From positions 155,079 through 219,078 of the forward strand of contig CAJINV010000001.1 of the NCBI GenBank assembly GCA_905178155.1: a stretch of DNA of 64,000 nucleotides, read 5' to 3'. Origin of the DNA: Amoebophrya sp. A120 (Eukaryota > Protista > Dinoflagellata). The position numbers and the translations under genes are program-made. The first letter of the stretch is position 1. Each line of letters begins with the position of its first letter. Shown piece after piece: positions 36,601-47,800 of this stretch. The notes below the pieces were generated by a model. It saw nothing but the letters and a program-made list of their open reading frames with translations. It had not been told where the DNA came from and searched no databases.

Positions 36601-37634
36601 GCTCCATCCTCGGCGACTTCCATGCACTAGATATCGACAGACCCTACAAAACCTACAAGCCTTCGAGTCAGCTCATCTATGTGTCTATAGTGCCTCAATT
36701 ATGAAGAAGTTGCCGCGCCGTTGTGCCAACACGGCGGCGCGAGTGCAACATATGATCACTGGGACGAGCAGCCGTCGTTTTTGCCGCCAAGTAGACGGAG
36801 CTGGTGGAGTTGTCCGCCGGTGCGGGTGCCCCCAACTCCTCGTCGACGTCGCGGCCCCCGAGGTGCTGACCGCGGCCATAGTAGTTCTTGATGTGCTGTG
36901 CGACGTTCTCCTCTTCCTCGTAGTGGTTTCGCTCATCTGTACTACTGCCTCCTTGCTCGTCATGCTCATCCTGCGCAAAGGAGCTGCTGAGCTGAGAGAT
37001 GCCGCCGTCAGGCAAAGTCTCCAGGGAGAGAAAGTCAGGTTGAAGTTTGTTTGTTCTTGTTGGCCTTGGCCCTTCATCATATCCACTGCAAAGAAAGCAT
37101 CGCAATCTTACTTTTACTTTATCAGCGGCAGTTTTGCATGACAGAACAGATAGGGGTCGTTCATGTGATGATGTCCATCTGCATCTGAACAATGGTGACC
37201 AAGACAAATCAAGTGCGCTGCTCTTCTTCTAGTTCTATGTATATAGGAAAATTCTGTCATGCGAAGATTTGATCGAAGAGCGATGCTTTTATTGCAGTGC
37301 ATATTTTATTACCCAGTAGATGTTTCTCCCCCGCATGCCGCTCGCTCTCGCCGCTCGAGAAGTCCTCACTTCTGCTAGATCTAAAACCTTTCTCGCCTAC
37401 TTCCCTTTCATCATCTGCACTAGTTTGTTCCGTCGCAGCTATGCTGCCGACCACGGTAGGAACCTCCACTCGCAACCGCAAATAGCAGGGCGAGAGAAAC
37501 CAGATGGCGCCCAATAAAGCACATGTTGCTCGCTGAAGCTGACGTTGTCGCCGTATCACTTTCAACTGCTTTGGCGGTGGACGACGCCAGCATAATATGC
37601 TGGAGAAGGACGCAGCCACCGTCTTGCTCAGCAT
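24694..37634 (-). CDS. Unknown protein, paralog B; many introners plus two larger transposon insertions
   Basis: Collinear with paralog A. At the junctions checked, the frame is restored by removing the IR/DR elements. The last exon ends ...IQPFHIVLIVAIPVGLLLGCAVVKNDFTR* (stop 24694-24696). Could be a pseudogene if the large inserts are not spliced. Confidence 0.65.
24843..25276. mobile_element. 434-bp hAT-type foldback MITE with 8-bp TSD
   Basis: Near-perfect ~210-bp arms. TSD GACCAGAG at 24835-24842 and 25277-25284. The right end reads TAGGGATGGAAAA, resembling the Ac terminus. Confidence 0.9.
26022..26234. mobile_element. Introner family D (TATCCCACAGAAAA)
   Basis: IR TATCCCGCAGAAAATAGCAGG...CCTGCTTTTTTCTCTACTGGGATA. 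Confidence 0.7.
26358..26679. mobile_element. Introner family F (TATGGAYGYGTCAGGATCGAAATCG)
   Basis: Perfect DR TGCGA; siblings at 29172 and 31659. Confidence 0.8.
26758..27042. mobile_element. Introner family E (TATGGGA.TCTCAAACG)
   Basis: IR TATGGGAGTCTCAAACG...CGTTTGAGAATCCCATA. Confidence 0.75.
27097..27400. mobile_element. Introner family A
   Basis: Right end TTCCAGACCCAGACATATTTGCAGTCGATA; interior similar to 28260-28511. Confidence 0.7.
28013..28194. mobile_element. Introner family B (TATGCACTGCAAAAGTA..TCGCACTCGT), specific to paralog B
   Basis: Family B IR ends; absent at ~15730 in A. Confidence 0.75.
28260..28511. mobile_element. Introner family A, specific to paralog B
   Basis: Perfect DR CCTCC; empty site TTCGCTTTCCTCCCGCTGACCG at ~15776-15797 in A. 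Confidence 0.85.
29172..29480. mobile_element. Introner family F, specific to paralog B
   Basis: Perfect DR CCGTC; empty site GTGGCCGTCCTTTTC at ~16378 in A. Confidence 0.85.
29598..29991. mobile_element. Introner family B-like, specific to paralog B
   Basis: DR GCATT/GCACT; empty site CCCTGCACTACGCGC in A. Confidence 0.75.
31258..31507. mobile_element. Introner family E, specific to paralog B
   Basis: DR GCGGC/GCGGT, IR TATGGCGTTCTCAAC...GTTGAGAACGCCATA. Confidence 0.85.
31659..31955. mobile_element. Introner family F, specific to paralog B
   Basis: DR GAAGA/GACGA; empty site CTAGGAAGATACGCGG in A (~18622). Confidence 0.8.
32236..32430. mobile_element. Introner family D, specific to paralog B
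   Basis: IR TATCCCACAGAAGAAG...CTTTTTCTGTGGGATA. Confidence 0.75.
32491..32725. mobile_element. Introner family E, specific to paralog B
   Basis: DR GAGTG/AAGTG; close sibling of 31258-31507. Confidence 0.8.
32909..33145. mobile_element. Introner family E, specific to paralog B
   Basis: Perfect DR TCGCT. Confidence 0.8.
33249..33396. mobile_element. Introner family B, specific to paralog B
   Basis: Perfect DR CGTTT; absent at ~19210 in A. Confidence 0.85.
34480..34790. repeat. Hexamer array (CCCCTA / CGCCTA / CTTCTA)n
   Basis: Visible directly; pure (CCCCTA)n at ~34627-34692. Confidence 0.95.
35960..36335. repeat. Second hexamer array, same orientation as the first
   Basis: (CCTACG / CCTACC / CTTCTA)n visible directly. 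Confidence 0.95.
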
Positions 37635-38718
37635 GGTAGTCAAGGCTCGTTCATCAACATCAGGCATTGATTTCTACTACTGACGAAAACTGCATCTTCT
37701 CTTGTGCTCGTCGGTGGGCAAAGGCTTCGAAGCTGCAAGGAAGCAACAAGAACGAAGCAGAGAAGTATCGTGATATAATTATTTCCGCTATAAGTGCCAA
37801 TAGTAGCCGCGTCCGCGGAGGTAGTGAGGTCATGGCGGTCTTTTTGTCTTCACGCCAAAAAAGGACGCAAATTCTCTGCCCACCATGCCCTCGTGAGTAA
37901 TGTTATGCACGATGGCACGGCGGTCGCTAAAAATCTCAATCCAGAGGCGGCCTCCATTTGGTTTCGAATCGAAAAACCTTCCCCGCATGCTATGGCCCCG
38001 CCAGGGCCCGCGCCAGGGTCGGCCCCTTGGGAGCCCCAAATCGGGCCCATAGCATGCGGATTGGCTTTTTGCTTTTGGCGGACTTTGTTTTTTTTGTTTT
38101 TTTTTGTCAAAATGACGCATCTTCTGGCCTTCAGTCCGCCTCTGGAATGGCGGACTTTGAAGGCGTCTTTTGCGGGGCCCGAATGTGGGGCAAAATGAGG
38201 CCCATATCATGCGGATTCGCTGTTTTTTTCGGAGTGCTGCTTTTTGGGCGCCCATTTTTGGGCGCCGCAAATCGCCAGAAACTAAGGCGGTGGGCGCCTC
38301 AGAAGGGCGCCCCTTTTGCCGGCTCCCCTGCGTCGTTTTATCAAGCGGGAATCGATAGAATCCGCTCGGGCTTTTTTGCCGCAAACGCCCCGGCCGCTTG
38401 ATATTTGAAAATATTTTATGTTCAAAAACACCTCCGGCCGCTTACAAACTGCCGGTCGTTTTGCATAAGAGGTGGCAAAAAGATCGCTAGATTAGAACGT
38501 TCGTGACCTCACTACATATAACCTTACATATTTTTAGAAATTCAAATTTTTCATGCCTACGGACTTGGGCCAACATCAAATACAAAGGACAAACTCAATT
38601 CATTGTGTGATGACATCAAGAACTACAACATGCACGCATACTCATACATTGAAGATGGCCAAGCCCGTTCTGCCGCATCTCTCCTCGCACTCTCGCTTCA
38701 TCCCGGCGTGGACCTTAG

Positions 38719-40016
38719 TTAGGGGTTGAAAGAATTAAGGTTTTGATCAAGGTTTTGAGTTGCGATTTTTCATTTTTTTTCTCTTCGCTCTGAATGGAAA
38801 AGGAAAGCGCAGACCATCCAGCCGAAAAAGCTCGCTGCGCCGATGTCAACATCTCGGCCGGTATCCAGACCAGCAAAAGCCGGGCAAAATGGAGGCCGCG
38901 CGCTTGCTGCTTCCAGCCTCTCCCCCGGGTGAATACGATGAAGCCGCGGCGGCATTTTTTTCGACTTCTGCTGACCTGGACTGCTGGCCAAGATATTAGC
39001 CTCGGCACCTCCCCAGAAGAACCCCTGACGCATGCCACCCGCCGCGAGGTATTTCGGGCGCCGGGCTGCTGGCCCGGCTTCTCCGCCCCCAGATCTCATC
39101 CTGCGGTGGCGCGTAGCGGGGTCCGGGGGAAGAGGCTGAGCAGCTGCGGGCTTGCCCGGCTGGAGGTTTGGCCGGATCCCGGTTGCCGCCGAGGCGGCAA
39201 GTTCTCGGCTAGGCCTTTTCATGACAAAAGCGCACCAAAATGGAAGCAGGCTCTGACTTTTTCCGGGAGCTTTCCCCAGCCTAACGCTTACGCCTTTGCC
39301 CTTGCCCTGGCCCCCCCCTTTCGGCCGAACTTGGTGGCCTAAACTGGGCCGACACGGGCGCCCATATCTTGGCCTGGCGGCCTGCCTTTTCCTGCGAGTT
39401 CCCTGGAGCAAATGGCAGGGCGCCCGGCTTCTCTGCCCCCGCATCTCGTTCCGCAATCTTGCGGGACGCCGTCCGGAGACAAAGGTAGAGCACCTTCCTG
39501 GCCAACCACAGAGATGCTTGCCCCTGTAGTGGCTGCCGCCAAAGCGGCAAGGTTTTGGTCAGGGTTTTGCTCCGAAAAGGCTCACCACAATCGAAGCAAA
39601 GACTTATTTTTTTCGGGAGCTTCCCCCGGGCTAATAAAATAAGTCTTTGCTTTCGCTTTGCCCTCCTTTTTGTGGCTGAAAGTGTGGGGCTGTTCTGGGC
39701 CGGTATGTTCGCCCACATCGTGCCCAGACAACCTACCCGGCCCTGCAAGTTACTTGGAGCATATGGCAGGGCGCCCGTCTTTTCTGCCTCCGGATCTCGC
39801 TCCGCAATCTTGCGCGGCGACGTGCGGAGGGAGAGGTAGATCACCTTCATGGCCAGCCACGGAGATGCTTGGCTCTGAGGTGTCCGCCGTCGACCTCATC
39901 TTCAAACCAAAGCCTTATTTTATTAGGTCGCGTTCCAGACAAAAAAAAATTAAGGCTTAGGTTTGGAGATGAGGTCGACAACCCAACCTCAAAGATCGCC
40001 CTCTCTTTTTGCGGTC
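38719..40016. mobile_element. 1.3-kb insertion flanked by an exact 31-bp direct repeat, with an internal ~350-bp tandem duplication
   Basis: CACTCTCGCTTCATCCCGGCGTGGACCTTAG at 38688-38718 and 40017-40047; 39230-39530 resembles 39590-39870. Confidence 0.8.
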
Positions 40017-41825
40017 CACTCTCGCTTCATCCCGGCGTGGACCTTAGCGTCACAATTCTCAACTTTTCCTCGTGGACCTAAATTTGCGCACTATCACCCA
40101 CGCGCTACTCTTTTTCTTTGAAATTCAACCAACACCAGGCGAGATGCACGGTAGGGCGTCGGCAATATCCTTTTCCTTCCACATAATTGCTTCTCATCGT
40201 GCTTCATAGATAAGAGTAAGACACGAGAGAGTTGATGTTGGATATCGTGCGCCGTATGAGGCAGATGGCACTTGCAGTTCAACATTGTCGCTCTTCCACA
40301 GAAAAATAAAGAACACATGCCCGCTGGGCGAAGCACACCTGGCGGGGCCACCCTTCGCAGCGCCGGCCGTAGTTCCGCTATGATCGTGGCCGACGGGGAC
40401 GGCGTGTTTTTAGTGCTTTGCTCTACCTACTACTTTTTTTTACCTAGTAGGGCTTATTTTGCTTTCCGATCGATTTGCTGTTGGCTGGCTTCAGCACTCC
40501 AGGAAAAAAGTTCCGCGCCATCAACAACTTCGGCTTTTTTGATCAGAAGGCGCTTTTGCAGCATAATTCTTAATAGCCAAGCAATCAAATCGTTGCACAA
40601 AGGGCAAGAAGAGCTGGCGCTTGCTGAGCTGTACTGCCTTAAACCTTTCGGGTGACACTTTTTCGTAGAGGAATTGTTTCTACTTCCAAGAATATTGTAC
40701 GGATTTCTACATCAATATGGTGTGTCTGTCCCTTACAAGAACTTTTTTTTGGTTACACGAGGTAGCAGATTTTTCACCCTTGCGGCCTTCGCTGGTACTA
40801 ATATCCGCATTGATATACAACTACGTGGTGGATTCGTTTACTTAATCATGCAAAAACAAAACTGAAAGTATTAAAATTGTTGTTGTTCATGATGTTCTCC
40901 TGTTGTTATTTTTTATGAAGACGCAATTTCAAATCAATATCAATACTTCTAAAGTTGGAGACTATAATTTCATCATCAAAACTTGGTCTGACTGCAGTTC
41001 CGATTCTAGGAAAGAACGAAGTAACGAACTCGTCCCACTAGGAAAACAGATTCGAACTCAATGTCAATAGTGTACTAGATTCCGCACGAAAAATAAACAG
41101 ATTCAAACTCAATAGTTTTAGTTTCGTTGTAGTAATGGTACATAATTAGAAGATAGAGATACTCAGAGACAGTTACAAAACCCACATCAACAAGCTGGAT
41201 GTGGAACAAGCTCAATAAAGAACTCAGTACCTTTCTAAAGTAGATTCTCACTTTCGATATATCCGTTTACGTAGAGGTAGATCATGATCATCGATGACTT
41301 GAATAGGGCAATGACAATAGTTAGTGGTATGCATAGATGAAGAGGCATAAAAAAGACCTACACTTCTATTTTTTCTTTGAAACACTCACACAAAACAAAC
41401 CAGACGAAAACAAGCTACAGCATTGTCCTCTGCCTCCGACCGCAGACAATTGTTGTTGTTCGTGTTCCTGTATCGGACGAAAAGGAAAAAGCTCCTGCTT
41501 CATTCACTATGGCGATTGGTTCTGCAGTAGACCGCGCATCATGACAAGTTTGCTTTCTATCCTCGCGGCATGAAAGAGAAAATGTGCTATGCAGCGTGCT
41601 TCTGCTTCCTGAAAAGGGAGCGGGTAACCTTTGCTGTGAATTTCGTACCCCACTCTAAGAGTCTCTTAGTAGTTTGAGTTTCTTACTCACGACTTACAGA
41701 GAAGAACGTGTGCGTGAAGCAGCTTGTTTTCGTTTTTCTCGGGATACAATCCCAATCGTCCGGGTTGAAAAGCTTCACATCCCCCCCCCGTTCTTATCGG
41801 CACTTGGTCGTGCACGACCAGCTTC

Positions 41826-44800
41826 TCACGGTGCTGCCATCTCGACGCCTTCGCCTTCTGCAGCGACCTCGCCGGCAAGCTCCTTCATTTCCGCTTTGTC
41901 CGGCATAATCATCCCCTTCACGGCATCGAGCAAGCCCTATCAGAGTGCACAACCGCGTGGTCCCAACCGCCTCTCAACTCATTTACATTTGTACTACTGC
42001 ATGAACAACAACATCAGAAGGGTCAGCAAGAGACAGAAAGAATGCAGCTTTTCTTTCATGAAAAACTTTCACAGGATTGTAGTGGTCTTTGGGCTCCTCC
42101 TCGCTCCTGCCAGAATCTGTGATGCTGACATTTCCAAGGGGTTGCAAAAAAACAAAGTGGAAATTTGCTTTGGTATTTTGCATGATGAAGACAAATGAGG
42201 GGGAGGGGGCCGACGAGTTGTGCAGCACTTTCATAAGCCCAAGAACGCCGGCGCGAACACGAAGCCGGCGAGCCCGGATTTGACCACCACCAGAATCACC
42301 ATCGCCGGGTAGATTTCGAAGGCGAGCGAGGTCGAGAAAATCAACAGCACCAGCTGCTGGACCGCGGTCGAGAGGAAGGCGGTGAAGACCGTCAACCCCA
42401 TGTCCTGCACCGCGGTCTCCGTGCGCGCGAGACCCCCACCCGAGGTGGTTCGCGAGTATGCAAAGGCGTGCACAATGTGGATGCTGTACTCGATCTCGAA
42501 ACCCAGGGCCATGATGATGACCGCAAACACGATCACATCCAGCTTCACGTCGAAGGCAGACAGCAGCCCCACGATCTGCACGTTGACCACGAGCATGAGG
42601 ACCCCAATCATCAGACCGTAGTAGGGGTGCAGGAAAAGCATCATCATAATCGTCACGGCCAGGGTGACCACGAACAAGTACTCGGTGAGCTTGTCCAGCA
42701 TCTCGTCATCCCTCTCGCTGTTTTCGAAAAACGACGAAACCACGAACGAATCGGACTCGCTGCCCCACAAGTCGGGTCTGGCGGACCGCGCGTTGTCGAT
42801 GATCGCCTTGATCCGCTTCATGGCGTCGGTCCGCTTCTTCGGATCCAGGGGCGCGCGGCACGCAATGCGCACGGTGGACGAGGTCATGCCCTCGATCATG
42901 CGCCCGTTCCCGTTCGCTGGCGCCTGCATGGCCCACACAATGTTGCGCCCCTGCTCGCGGCCCCAGTAGCTGACGTGCGGCTTGGTAATGTCGGGTTTCT
43001 GCTGCACGTGGGTAGGGGACATTATGAACTGTAACAGTATCGTACTCGTCGTAAGTTCAGATAGAAGTATTGCAACACAAATTAGCTTAGCATGACAAAT
43101 GGAATTTCTCATGCTGGTTTAGCTTGAAAAAGACACTTGTCTTGCATGACTGCAATTAGTACGAGTACGATACTTTTGCAGAGGATAGGCATGTGGGAGG
43201 TGCAGCACGCGTCCTGATTCACGTCCTCGTACCAGGCATGCATGTACTCGTAGAACATCTGCGGATTGTCTTCCCAGTACGCGGTGCGCTTCTCGTAGTG
43301 GGATTGGGTGAAGGCCGGGCAGCTCTGCTTCTCGGTTGAGAAGGTGTTGTGCAGGTTGTACTTTTCATCCTTCAAGGCCCGCATGGTAAAGATCAGCCAG
43401 TTAGGCACCGGGGAGACGGTGACGTTGTTGGCGATGTGCGCGAGAAGCGCGTTCATGTCCGCGAACTGACTGATGTCGGACTGTATGCATTGCAAAAGTG
43501 TCCGGGTCTGGAAACTTGTGATGCAAGGAAGGGAGTAGTGAGCTCACTGTAATGCGCTGCAAAGCATGACAATTTTTTTTCATGGTTCTGAGTTGCGTAT
43601 TCCGCATGAGAAGCTGCGTTTTTGCATGACAGGGAGAAGGAGCTCTTCGCGGCCACGCAATACAGAGCTCAGAGTCATGCCAGGCTAGCATGACAAATCT
43701 CGCAATCTCCCAGACCCAGACATTTTTGCATTTGATAGACTGCGGGCTGACGGGGTCCATCGAGTACAGCAGTTGGTACTGGTCCAGGGCGTTGGCCGGG
43801 GCGGTCGCGGAGAAGCCCCCATTGTACACCTCCGCTAGTTCGTAGCCCCCGCCCCCGACCATCGCCAGCTCCGGGAACCCGAGCCCAACCGCCTGCAGTT
43901 TGGCCGCGGTGTCGGTGGTGTTCACGCCCTGGGCGGTGAGGTATGAGTGTGCGCAACTCCGTGCTCTCCTCCTCATTTGTATTCTACTTATTTCCATTTG
44001 CATGAACAGCAATACAGACCTCAGCAGATATGAAGCCTGTGCATGACAAGTTCAGGCACCGTTTGTAGAAGTTGTACAACTGCTTGAGCTTTGCATTTGC
44101 TCCCCGGAACAATTTGTCATGCAAGCAGTGCCACAAGGGAGCAGTTGCAGTGCAGCTGGGTTCGGAGATCTGCATGACAAATGAGGCGGAGGGAAAGTTG
44201 TTGTGCACTCTCGTATGAGGAGCCCGTTCAGGTACGCGTCGTTGATACCGGTGAAGCGGAAGCTGTTCCGCCCCCGTTTGCTGGTGCCGGTGAAGTATCA
44301 AATGCAAATATCGATCTGGGTCTGGGAGATCATGAGATTTGTCATGCTGATATGTTGGCATGACCCTTAACTCTGTATTGCGTGGCCACAAACAGCCTCC
44401 GTAGCCGTCATGCAAAAACGCAGGTTCTCAAGCGGGATACGCAACTCAGAAGCACGGATGAAAAACTTGTCATGCTTGGCAGCACGTCGCAGTGTGCTCA
44501 CTATAATTCCCTTCCTTGCATCACAAGTTTCCCGACCCAGACATATTTGCACTGGATATGAAGAGCGTGTTCGTCGGACCCGCGGCGCCGTTCAGCAGCG
44601 CGATGTTCTGGGCCGGGTTGGCGATGAAGGGGAGGCGCTTGTTCCCCGTGTTCATGATCAGGTTCATGGGGCAGACCTTGCAACCCAAGTGCGTCGCCGC
44701 GGACAGCGGCTCCGACGCGAGGAAGTTTCCGTACAGCCCCTTGTGGTGCACCTCAAACTCCTCCAGCCAGGAGAACACGCCCGGGACCCCCACCGGATTG

Positions 44801-47800
44801 CTGATCGGGTCGTTCTTGATCTGGTTCATCACGCCCAGAAAGTAGTCCCGATTCGCCTGCTGGTGGTATTTGCCCAGGTGCGAGGGCGGCATGTAGACGG
44901 TGATGAAATCCGAGTAGCCGCCCATGTCCTCCAGATGGTCCAAGAACTTCCGGGCCTTGGATTCCTTGTCCAGATAGTCCTTGCCGTTAAACTCGACCTT
45001 GACGTCCTCAAACATCACGGCGCCCACGCACAGCAGCGCGATCTCGACGCAGATCACAAACGCGATGCAGATTTTGTTGCTCACAATCTTACTGAACATG
45101 GCGTCTCCGGAGGTTGTGGTTAGCAATTTTCCCATGTTCTGCTGCACCTGCTTGTCCGTCCAGTTGCTAGCTGTGGTCGTCTATGCACTGCAAAAGTACT
45201 ATCGCACTCGTACACGACATCGCAATCACGCATTGCAAGTCCCTTACTTTCTCGAGGTAGATCCGCATTACAAATTCCGCTTCTCATGCTGAGGTAATTT
45301 GTCGTGCGATTTTTACTACGTACGATACTTTTGCACACACGATATCGTCCCCGTCTCTTCGGACCGCAAATGCTCTCCGCCGTACTTCTCTGCGAGGACG
45401 AACCCCCCGAGGAAAACGGTGAACAAGGTGATGTAAAGGCCGATCATGCCCAGCGCCGTGTGCCAGCAGAAGTGGCGCAACGCCAACACCTCGACGATGG
45501 ACCCGAAACAGTAGCCGACGAAGATCGCGAGGCAGGAGAGCAGGATCGACCGATGCGCGTACCCGACGGCCTGCTCCATGCGCTCTTCGAACTTCAGCTT
45601 GGGTGTGAGTCGGTCGTAGGCGCGGACCAGAATAATGTCGTAGTCCACCACGATGGCGAGCAGCAGGTGAATGGCGAGCGGTGACATCACGGTCAGGGCA
45701 AGTACGCCGTCGTCCTCCCCGTCCTTGTCCACATCCCCTCCCATCGCGTATCAAGTGCAAAAGTGTCTGGGTCTGGAAGTCTTCCATGCATATTTTACAT
45801 AACCCATGACGCCTGTAATGCATGGCCTAGCATCACAGATTTCTAAAGGGCCTTCTGATGCGTATTCCGCATGAGAAACGCCCACTCCGCGTCGCACAAA
45901 CTGAAGAACTCCTCTTGCTGGTCATGCAATACAGATTTTTTTTACCTTCTAAAGACAGCATCACAAGTTGCAACCTTCCAGACCCAGACATTTTTGCATT
46001 CGATATCGCGTCCCACATTTCGATCGCGCCGATGCCCCAGGAGAACAGCACCGCCAGGATGGGCTGGATCACGACCAGCGCGGCGACCGCGGTGCGGGCG
46101 GGCTTCAGGCCGTTCGGGCCGCCTTCCGCCGAGTAGCGGATGCCGATCGCGCAGATGAGAAAAAAGATCATCAGGAAGAACGTCCCCACCAGGTTGCCGA
46201 TCTCGTTTGTGATCACGCGGACGATCTCCATCGCCAGCCACTTGCTGTGGAAAATGAAAACATCGATGCCCCTGTCGTACAAAGCCTTCCACTGGGACTT
46301 GCTCGGCGGGTCGTCGTCCTTCTCGATGCCGTAGTTGTCCTTGTACTCCTCAATGATTTCATCCACCCACTCCTCCCGGTCCTCCAGGGACAGTGCGTTG
46401 CGGTTCGACACCCGCCGCCACTCGTATGACAGTGCACAACTCCCCCTCCGCTTCCCCTCATTTGTATGGCATGAACGGCAATACAAGCGCCAGCGAGAAT
46501 GCAGGTTTTGCATGACAAAATGAAAATTGCACCGGATTGTAGTGCTATTAATTTGGGCTGCTAGAGCTTGTCATGCAAACAGTGCTAAGAGGCACAGCCT
46601 GATGAATTGGGCACTTTGCATGACAAATGAAGGGGACGAGGGGGAGTTCTTGTGCACATTCATAACTCGTTCCGGTTCAGTTCGCACTCCGAGCGCAGGT
46701 GGTATCACACAGAAAAAAGCTGGCAGGTCATATTTGTGATGCAAAAATAAACTGACAAAAAGATTTGTATTGCATATCGTTAATAGCATGCTATGAGGCC
46801 GCCCATCATGGCAGATTTTTTTGTGTATTTATTTTTGCATTACAAATATGCTCTGCCCGCTTTTTTCTGTGGGATAGGCGGACCAGGGTGAGGAAGGTTT
46901 CGCAATTGGAGATGCGGTACGGCGCGAACTTGCGGTCGGAAGCCAGGTAGGCGAGGCAGCCCTGACACTTGGTCGGGAAGGTGGCCACGGCGGCCCGGCC
47001 GCCCAGCACCGTGGCGGCGTTGGTGGCGTCCTTGGTCGCGTCGCGCCACGTGTGCACCGCCGGGTTGGCGCACGAGTCCGCGTGGTCGGTGCAGGTCTGC
47101 GGGCACATTTCCGCGGTCATCTTGTTCAAAAATTCCGGCTTGATAGTGCAGCCCCCCACGTCCGCGGCGCACTTGCACGCCTTCTCCGGGACGCCGTCGC
47201 AGCCCACGGTTTGCACGGCCGAGTTGAAAGCGATCCGCTCCGAGGTGTCCACGCAGGAATGGCACCCGGGGGTGAGTTTTCCGGCCCCGGCGGCGTTGAT
47301 GGCGCTCACCGGGTTGCCGGTGGCAAGGTACACGGCCCCGGCGGCCAGGTCGTAGCGGTTGTTCAGTAAGTCCAGGTAGGTTTGCAGCTTGGTGTGCTGG
47401 CACCCGATGGCCAGGCAGCTCTGGCGGCACTCCTCCTCCGCGGTGGTGTTGGCCCCCGCCCCGTAGGCGCACTTGGTCTGCAGCGCGGCGTCGCCGCCGT
47501 AGGTGCTGCACTGGGTCTGGTCCTGCTGCCCGACCATGAAGGCCGGCTCCAGCTGCGCACAGAAACCGGGCGCGAGGCTCTCGCAGCGCGCCTTGCACGC
47601 GTTGCCCACCTCGTCGCACTTCGAGTAGGACCGCATCAGGCACATGGCGGCGGTCACGTCCGCGCAGCTGTTCACCGTGCTGGGCTTCCCGATAATGGCC
47701 GCGAGGGCAGTTTCGTCGTCGGTGCAGTTGCATCAAATGTAAAAATGTCTGGGTCTGGAAGATTGCCAGGTTTGTCATGCACATTTTGCATAACTCCTGA

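Larger units (their letters stand above)
33850..36692. mobile_element. 2.84-kb non-autonomous TIR element inside paralog B
   Basis: Ends GACTATAGACAGATA and (reverse complement) CACTATAGACACATA, with patchy inverted similarity for ~180 bp. Absent from paralog A. Confidence 0.7.
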
